This document shows, piece after piece, positions 8,354-15,700 of a stretch of DNA of 54,451 nt. This stretch comes from an uncultured Candidatus Saccharibacteria bacterium (GTDB lineage Bacteria; Patescibacteriota; Minisyncoccia; Phycocordibacterales; UBA918): NCBI GenBank assembly GCA_964425655.1, contig CAYRMU010000001.1, forward strand, positions 1 to 54,451, read 5' to 3'. Numbering within the stretch: the first letter of the stretch is position 1; the number at the start of each line of letters is the position of its first letter. The notes under the pieces are model-generated. The model ran no database searches. It saw only the letters and a list, made by a program, of their open reading frames with translations, and was not told the origin of the DNA. The position numbers were made by a program, and so were the translations under genes.

Positions 8354-9991
8354 TTACTGTATGTGGAGCGTATTTCTGCGTCGTCGTCTTCCAAAAAAGA
8401 ATCGAAGCAAAAGCAAGAGAAGCCACCACAAGCCAAACATGGTGAGCAAACCAATGATGCCTCCAAGAATGATGTACGTGGTTGCAACGTAGAGCACCGT
8501 CTCCTCTGCCTCTGTCACTTGTGCTGCAGGAAGTACCTCAAGGGTTCCGGTAACGCTTCCGAGTGTCAGCGTGTTACGGTCAAAGACCGAGAGCTGCATT
8601 GGATACAGACCAACGTCTTCCATGCTGGCAGCCATCGCTTCAAAATGGGTTCCTGCGTCATTTCGGCGAAGTAAGTACGACGTGGTTCGATCGGCTTTCG
8701 TTGGGTGCTGCCACGTCACAATAACAGTTCGTACATCTGATGGGACAAGCGCCACCGGAACACGAATCACAAACGGAGCACCTGCCACGACTGCAATAGT
8801 CTCTGTTTGAGCTGGAACGAGTTCATCAAACTGCACTATCGTAATGTCGGCAAACGTGAGTCGGAAGAATTCTTGCTGCACCTCGTTTGGAGCGGCTGCA
8901 CTCGACGTGCTCGTTGTACCCCTTGGCAGCTGACTACCTGAGGTTGGTAGCACCGGCTCACTAGGCGGGAGACGGACCCCTGCTCGAAGCGCTAGTGCCA
9001 CGGCACCTGATGATGGCTGACCATCAATATTGTAGGCAAAGACTGTGTAGTACTGCCGATCATGTTCCCTGAGCGCACCTTCGTCATAAAACGTATCAGC
9101 TAAGCCTTCATAGACAATATAGCCATCATTCGGTGAGACAGGATACGTATAGTGGCTTCGCACCACCCGCACATACCCAAGTGCATCCCCTACCGGATTG
9201 CCCCACTGGAGAAGCACATTGAGCCCCGATACAGTCGCAGTAAAAAAGGAGACATTCGGCGCAGCTGCTAGGCTAAAGCGACTCAGTGTCGTGAAGCTGT
9301 CTTCACGCAAGAGGACCTCACGACCAAAGCGATCTTTTCCGAAGAGTGCATAAAAATAGGTCGTTGACGGCGCTAAGTCGGTCAAGATTGTACTATGATC
9401 TTTTTTATAAAGATCTGACTGCACAAAACCATCAGTCACTGCATCGGTTGTTCCGTAGCGCAGTATGTAGGTAACTGGCTGGAGTGTCCCAAAGGTAAAG
9501 CGCGCACTCCCGGTTCCCGGGTCAACATCAAGTGTACGGAGTCGTGGCGGCATGACTGTCGACTGGGGCGCAGCGTCAACATCTTCAGCAGGTGGCGGTG
9601 CCGCAAAGGTAGTAGTACTCACACTAACTGAAGACGTCGAGATATTTCCGAACAAATCAAATGCATCTACGTAGTAGGTGTAGGTTGTACTTGGGGTGAG
9701 TCCCGTGTCGCTATAGGTAAGGAGGGTCGTTGTCGCAATCTGCACGGCATCACGAAAGAGGCGGTAGCCCGCCAACACGTTGTTATCTGTCGAAGCGCCC
9801 CAGGTTACGTCAATTTGCGTTGTCGCAATTGGCGTCGCAGTTACCGGTGCAGGTATCGAAGGTGCAACTGCATCATCTCCGTAGAGCTGCTGCACGGTAA
9901 ACTCATCTGTTGACTGCGCTAGAGATGGCACGGGTATCAGTGCCGCCACTCCACAAGACAAACACAGCGCTACGACAATTGCACGAATCAT
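8354..9991 (-). CDS. cell-surface protein with about three fibronectin type III-like domains and a C-terminal TM anchor
   Basis: Signal peptide present. An FN3 signature is present (IDVTWGASTDNNVLAGYRLFRD...GLTPSTTYTYYVDAFD), with two further FN3-like segments. The C-terminus is YIILGGIIGLLTMFGLWWLLLLLL followed by RFFFGRRRRR. The ATG overlaps the upstream stop as ATGA (9988-9991). Confidence 0.7.
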   Translation of the reverse strand: MIRAIVVALCLSCGVAALIPVPSLAQSTDEFTVQQLYGDDAVAPSIPAPVTATPIATTQIDVTWGASTDNNVLAGYRLFRDAVQIATTTLLTYSDTGLTPSTTYTYYVDAFDLFGNISTSSVSVSTTTFAAPPPAEDVDAAPQSTVMPPRLRTLDVDPGTGSARFTFGTLQPVTYILRYGTTDAVTDGFVQSDLYKKDHSTILTDLAPSTTYFYALFGKDRFGREVLLREDSFTTLSRFSLAAAPNVSFFTATVSGLNVLLQWGNPVGDALGYVRVVRSHYTYPVSPNDGYIVYEGLADTFYDEGALREHDRQYYTVFAYNIDGQPSSGAVALALRAGVRLPPSEPVLPTSGSQLPRGTTSTSSAAAPNEVQQEFFRLTFADITIVQFDELVPAQTETIAVVAGAPFVIRVPVALVPSDVRTVIVTWQHPTKADRTTSYLLRRNDAGTHFEAMAASMEDVGLYPMQLSVFDRNTLTLGSVTGTLEVLPAAQVTEAEETVLYVATTYIILGGIIGLLTMFGLWWLLLLLLRFFFGRRRRRNTLHIQ

Positions 9992-10749
9992 AGTGGTAAG
10001 GCAGTTATTGTTGTGGTGGCAATATACACTCCAGGCGGCTGCACGACGGAACCCCCTACCCCTACCTGAAACTCAATCTTGGTGGGTGTACCACTTGGGT
10101 GATTGGCTGCGGGCGACGTGGCAATGATGACCGGGGTGGTCGAGAGCCCATCCCAACAGCGGTCGTTAGTGTCTGATCCAGACCCACACACGCCACCACT
10201 ATCAAGATACCGAGCAGCGACATGCGTGCCTTCAGGAGAAAACCCTAAATGCGCATCAGCCGCACCGGTCGTAAAGGTAAAATCGGCAGCTGCCCCGGCA
10301 GGTGCATAGTCGGCAATCGTATTCGCACCTGACTGCATCGCTGGACTTGATTCAGCTACAATCGTGAGTTCATACCCAGACAGGCTATCAGTAGTAACGG
10401 TGACGGTGGTTGAGCCCGTGGCGGTACCGCCAGAAACACCCGGAATCGTTGGTCCAAGCACCACTGCCGCAGAACCAGTCAGCGATATGTAGACTTGCTG
10501 CATTTGCTGATACCCAGCGCGGATTTCAAAATTTGTACTCTCAGAATTGCCGGTGGCAATTTCACCAACAGTAGACTCAGTCTGGTAGTTAGTCGACGAA
10601 CTGAAGCCACCCCCTACGTTGATAGAGTCACTTTGAATCATATAGTTGGTGCTCTCCATCACCTGTGCCAAAGAGAGCTGCAGGGAGAAAAAGACAAGGG
10701 GAAAGAAAAGTACCGAAGCACCAAATGTGACAAACACTTGACGCACCAT
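9988..10749 (-). CDS. secreted beta-rich protein, divergent WxL-like domain (paralogue A)
   Basis: Signal peptide present. Three S-x-STN(Y/F) motifs follow, then TVTVTTDSLSGYELTIV, a C-x10-CW pair, and the C-terminus PPGVYIATTTITALPL. It is colinear with 11959..12645. Confidence 0.5.
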   Translation of the reverse strand: MVRQVFVTFGASVLFFPLVFFSLQLSLAQVMESTNYMIQSDSINVGGGFSSSTNYQTESTVGEIATGNSESTNFEIRAGYQQMQQVYISLTGSAAVVLGPTIPGVSGGTATGSTTVTVTTDSLSGYELTIVAESSPAMQSGANTIADYAPAGAAADFTFTTGAADAHLGFSPEGTHVAARYLDSGGVCGSGSDTNDRCWDGLSTTPVIIATSPAANHPSGTPTKIEFQVGVGGSVVQPPGVYIATTTITALPL

Positions 10750-10751
10750 AC

Positions 10752-11858
10752 TTAGTCTTTTCGTTTAAACTCGAAGCGAGTAAAGATAAATCGAATCAAG
10801 AGGAAGAAGACGAAGAGCGATGCAAAGACTCCGAGCATGATTTTCCAAGGGAAAACCCAAAATACGATTGTCATTTCATCGACAATGTCGTCGTAACTGC
10901 GGTTCAACTGAATAGTCGCAACGTACCGACCGATCAAGAGCTCGCGATCCCAGGAAACCTCCTTGGTGCGCAGTGACTTCGGCAAAATGAACCAAGGCTG
11001 CAAGTCAACCACACCCACCTCTTCACCAATGATGTTGCTGATAGTGATACGTCCGTACGGTGCAAGGTGCACTGAACCAGTACTTTCAAAGGTTACCCCA
11101 AAATCGATCGGGCCGCTGAGGAAAAACTTCTGGTCGCCGAGCGTAGCAAAATCTTTAAGCGAACCTTCTCGCTCAATATCACCTGGAGAAGTCACAAAAA
11201 AGAGTGTTCCGATGCGACTAATGATAGTTGAACCTGGCTTAGCACCACCCTGCTCATCGAGTAGGTTTGGATCACTGGTTATCTGCGTCAGTATACTTCC
11301 ATAGAAGCCGCCTGGCTCTGCATCGGCAGGAATAGAGACAGTAACCGGAATGCGGACACGCTGCCCATGCTCCAGGTAAAACTTATCGTAGGGCACACTG
11401 ATGAAGTCCTTGATACTGTACGGACCTACACGCTCACCAAGGAGACTGACTGCGGTAGAACCATCAACTGACCCCTCTGCGTCTTCCATAGTGAACTCAA
11501 AGAGTTCTCGCTGCCCCATGCGGTTAGATACAATGAGCTCAACAGTCTTTGACTGGCCTGGTGCGAGCTCCAGGTCAAACTTGCCTGGCCCGACCACGAA
11601 ATCGTTGAACACCTCTTCCGGGTTAGGTAGGCCTTCTCGCGGATAGTTATCGTAGAAGGTATTTGCTGCCTGAGGCACACTATCAGTCGATGTACTGGTT
11701 GCCTCAACGACATCCTCAAGGATGAAGTCCGACACCTCGGTAACACCGAGACTTGCTTCGCCCTGCGCAAAAACACCCACAGGCATTGCCGTGAGTGCTA
11801 GTGCTATTACTCCGAGGAGAGAAATAATTTTAGTTGTGATGTGTGTAGCTGTGTTCAT
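10752..11858 (-). CDS. DUF916/DUF3324-like (CscA-type) surface protein with C-terminal TM anchor
   Basis: ATG at 11858 is preceded by AAGGAA, and a signal peptide follows. Matching segments are FDLELAPGQSKTVELIVSNR, PGGFYGSIL, and ILPKSLRTKEVSWDRELLIGRYVATIQL. A terminal TM and basic tail (FEFKRKD) close the protein. This matches the architecture of DUF916+DUF3324 proteins in WxL loci. Confidence 0.5.
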   Translation of the reverse strand: MNTATHITTKIISLLGVIALALTAMPVGVFAQGEASLGVTEVSDFILEDVVEATSTSTDSVPQAANTFYDNYPREGLPNPEEVFNDFVVGPGKFDLELAPGQSKTVELIVSNRMGQRELFEFTMEDAEGSVDGSTAVSLLGERVGPYSIKDFISVPYDKFYLEHGQRVRIPVTVSIPADAEPGGFYGSILTQITSDPNLLDEQGGAKPGSTIISRIGTLFFVTSPGDIEREGSLKDFATLGDQKFFLSGPIDFGVTFESTGSVHLAPYGRITISNIIGEEVGVVDLQPWFILPKSLRTKEVSWDRELLIGRYVATIQLNRSYDDIVDEMTIVFWVFPWKIMLGVFASLFVFFLLIRFIFTRFEFKRKD

Positions 11859-11958
11859 AGAGATTCCTTTGCCTGTAAAATAGTCAATCAATTACAATTT
11901 CGTTGCCAGACTATTTTAGCATACGGCCCTGAAATCTCTAATCAACAACACTGCACTA

Positions 11959-12645
11959 CTAGTTGACCAATGCTGTCAAGGTAGCAGTTGCGTTGTAGAA
12001 ACCGGCAGGCAAATCTGGGTCTGGGTTTGCACCAACACCAACTCGGAAGGCAATGATAGTTGTCTCACCTTCTGCCGGAGTAGGGGTTGCGCGGTTTACG
12101 AGTGTGTACGGAGTGGTTGCGTTTGACTCCATAGTCCAGCAGCGACTAGCGTTACTGTTACCGCCACCAATGTTACAGGCTGATCCGTTGTTGCGGAGCT
12201 CAGTCACGATACTGGTTGATGAGGCAGCGAGCGCGAAGCTTGATGAACCGGTAATCACACTAAAGTTGTAGTCAGCGCCACCACCGTCGTTGTAGTTAGG
12301 AATATAATCAGGACCTGATTCATACTGCATCGCAATTGTGTCAGCAAAGTGAATCGTCATGTTGTAGCCGTCAACGTCGTTGGTTGAGACAGCTACGGTT
12401 GTGGTACCACTTGAGATACCGCCCGTAATACCAGCAATATCTGGGGCCATAACCACGTCTGCTGCTGTGGTTTCAAAGCGAATTTCAGCAGTAATTTCTT
12501 GCTCAACGGTAAACACATCCTCAGCGGCGATACTTACAGTTGGTTCGAGTGTTACAAATGAAAGTAAAGTCACTGCCAGTGCAGCAGTAGCAGCTACCAA
12601 CGCAGCCACTACTGGATTAGTCTTTGTAAAAAGATTCGTACTCAT
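11959..12645 (-). CDS. secreted beta-rich protein, divergent WxL-like domain (paralogue B)
   Basis: Signal peptide present, then TTVAVSTNDVDGYNMTIH, a C-x11-CW pair, and the C-terminus PAGFYNATATLTALVN. It aligns along its length with 9988..10749. Confidence 0.5.
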   Translation of the reverse strand: MSTNLFTKTNPVVAALVAATAALAVTLLSFVTLEPTVSIAAEDVFTVEQEITAEIRFETTAADVVMAPDIAGITGGISSGTTTVAVSTNDVDGYNMTIHFADTIAMQYESGPDYIPNYNDGGGADYNFSVITGSSSFALAASSTSIVTELRNNGSACNIGGGNSNASRCWTMESNATTPYTLVNRATPTPAEGETTIIAFRVGVGANPDPDLPAGFYNATATLTALVN

Positions 12646-12746
12646 ACAATATAATTAAATTAATATATTACACAACTAAAATGTAATACCTATAGTATAT
12701 AGCCCCGACGGTATAAAGTTTGACGTTTTGGGTAATCCAATGTGGA

Positions 12747-12781
12747 TAACAAAAGCACCCTCAGGAAGGGTGCTTTTGTTA
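12747..12781 (-). terminator. rho-independent terminator of the giant fibre gene
   Basis: taacaaaagcaccct-cagga-agggtgcttttgtta: 15-bp arms including A/T tracts. It starts 4 nt after the stop at 12785. Confidence 0.75.
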
Positions 12782-12784
12782 CTT

Positions 12785-15700
12785 TTAGCTACTTGCTTCG
12801 GTTTCAGTCTCTGTATCCACTGCTGGTTCGTCTGTGGGCCCTGTTTCAGTACTCGCTTCGCTTGGTACCACCACCTCGTCATTGGGGGTATCTTCTGTCT
12901 GATCCTCTACTACTGCATCGGTACCTATTTCATCTTCAGCCTCTTGCGAAATACCGTTTAGAGGTGCGACTGGCTCTACTGACTCACCAGGCGATTCATC
13001 GGTAGGCTGATCAGGTTCCGGTTCATTTTGCTCTACCGGTGTAGGTGCTGTACCGAGGGCGGCTTCGAGTTCCTGCACACGAGCCTCAAGCTCAGTTATG
13101 CGCTCACCCTGCCCTCGCACAATATCCCACAAGTCTTTTACTGCCTCGACGACGAGCGCAATCATATTGCTCTTATTGAGCGACCAGTAGTCACCTCCTT
13201 TACTCACGACTTCCGGTAAGACCAGGTCGACCTCTTGCGCAATAAAGCCTATCTCGACTTGCGCCCCGAACCGATCCTTGTCTATCCACTCGTACCGTAC
13301 ACCACGAAGCTCAGTGAGGAGCTCGAGTGCATTTTCAACCTCGGTCACATTTTCCTTGAGTCGTGCATCTGAAGGATCGCGAATGATGACTCCATTGGCA
13401 TCCGTTGTCAGGTTAGTAGCACCACCTAAGAGATTCGCAGCTTTTATACTGCCATCAACCGTAAGCTTACTCGAGGTAGAGGTGGTGCCAATACCCAATG
13501 AACCCTCAATGTACGAGCTACTACTTCCGTACACGAGCAGTGCGCCGTCAGTAACAATTCCTTCAGCACCAACACTCAGTCCAACACCAGCCCTAAGCCG
13601 CCCGGCAACCGTGGCGTCATCACTGATAGAGAGCTGACTGCCTGAGATTGAGTACACAATGGCTGACTGCAGAGTTGCGCCTGAGATGTCAAAGACGTGG
13701 AAGTCATTACCACCGACTTCAGTCGTCATATAGGCATACCGCCCGATAATGCGGATGCCGTATGCACTACCTGCGCCGAGGTTGCTGCCGCCAATACGTA
13801 CCGCTGCAAGCGGGTTAGCGACATCAACTACCTCGATATCATCACCGGTTGTTAAGGATGCAATGTAGGCGTACCGTCCAGCCAGCGCAATACCTCGCCC
13901 GGCGGCATCAAGCGCTACTGAAGAAGCTACACTGATGTCTGCCGGATTACGTACGTTAATTACATGGAAATCGTTGCCGGTGCCGTTGGTGGTTACGTAG
14001 GCGTACGCACCACTCACCACCACCTTATGAGCCCCATCAGTTAGCGCAACAGAATCGGTAGTAGTTGGAGCAGTTGGATTACTAATATTGATTACATGGA
14101 AATCGTTGCCGGTGCCGTTGGTGGTTACGTAGGCGTAGTCACCCCGCACAGCGACACCGTTGGCGTTGGTCGGAAGATTTACGCCGCCGACAATCACTGG
14201 GTTCAATGGGTCTGATATATCCACGATGGACATATCATCGCCCGGTGAATCACTCACTACGTAAGCGTACCGTCCTGCTATTGCAATACCATTGACTGCA
14301 CTCGGCATTGCTGCAACAGCCACCTGCACTGGGCTGAGTGGATTACTGATATCTATGACATGAAAATTATTACCAATTGTGTCAGTCCCCACAAACGCAT
14401 ACCGTCCGCGAACCACTACTGCCTCAGAACTGCCAGTAAGATTAATAGCTGCTACCTGGGCTGGCGCAGCTGGGTTTGTTACGTCCACCACGTGGAAGTC
14501 ATTACCAGTCGACTCACTCACCAGGTAGGCGTAGTTACCAACCACATCGAGCGCGTACACGGTGTCACTGAGCGATATACCGCCAACCGATGAAGGTCCA
14601 TAATCGGTTGTACTGTTACCGCCCTGCTGCGTAATTGAGCCACCGAGAATTGTCAGTCTATCACTCGGTGATTCGGTGCCGAGACCGAGCAAGGCACTAG
14701 ATTGGTTGTAATACAGACCGGCTGTTCCGCCTGGACCGTTAAAATTGACTGAGCCATTAACCTCGAGCATCTCTGTTGGAGCCGTGACGCCGATACCTAG
14801 GTTAGTACCAGTAAACACAAAATTGCTGCTCTGGGTTAGGTAGGTACTTGACCCGTGCACATACTGAATCGCTCCAGCCGTGAAGCTGTTGGGAGTATCA
14901 TCAAGTCCGAGGTAGGTCTCAGACCCGCCACCAATGGCGCTGACTGGCGCAAACCGTAAATTACCAGCCCCGTCAGTCACGAGGACATGGTCGCTCGACC
15001 CGTCTTCTGTTGGCAAGGTCCAGACAGTGTCAGAAGCTAATGTACTTGATGCTCGAAACCCTACGTAATTTGATCCGTTGCTATAAAGGCGCAGTGTCCC
15101 CTGCCCCACCAAACTTGCGTCACCATCAATTGAGAGTCGCGTCGCAACTGAGCTAGTACCGAGTCGCAAGCTGTTATTGAGGTAGGTTAGACTCGCTGTT
15201 TGCGTTATCGCTGAACTCGTCGCATTCGCAAACTGCAGGGCTCCTGCAATAAAGGAGTCCGGTGTGTCATCAAGTCCAAGGTACGTACCGTCACCATACC
15301 CGAGTGCGGCTGAAGCCACATTCACCCAAGCAACACCGTCATACTGGAGTAAGTCGCCCGCTGTTGTGGTGGCCAGAGTGACATCAGTCAAGTCTCCGAG
15401 TTGATCTGCCCCACCAAGGCACGTACCATTTACTGCCACACAGCCGCTCGTTACATTAATACCGCCAACAAATGCACTATTGCCCACCACTGAAAGTGTT
15501 GCCATAGGGCTTGAGGTACCGATGCCGAGACGAGTACCGGTAAATACAAAGTCAGCCGCTTGCGTCAGCGCGGTGTTTGAAGCGTTTACGTACTGAATCG
15601 CCCCAGCGACAAAACTATTTGGCGAATCAGAAAGTCCCAGGTAGGTACCGTCACCGAGGCCCAGTGCTGCCGCAGACACGTTTCGCCACACTGAGCCATC

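Noticed and set aside
8277-8492. Small ORFs 8277..8492 (+) and 8284..8487 (-) at the FN3 gene 3' end
   Set aside because: They overlap the TM-anchor and poly-Arg coding end of the FN3 CDS and the terminator hairpin. There is no independent support.
12741-12749. Second perfect DnaA-box 9-mer (TGTGGATAA) in the fibre/paralogue-B intergenic region
   Set aside because: It is isolated and partly overlaps the terminator arm. With equal base frequencies, about 0.4 perfect matches are expected by chance in 54 kb on both strands, so one or two hits are not informative.
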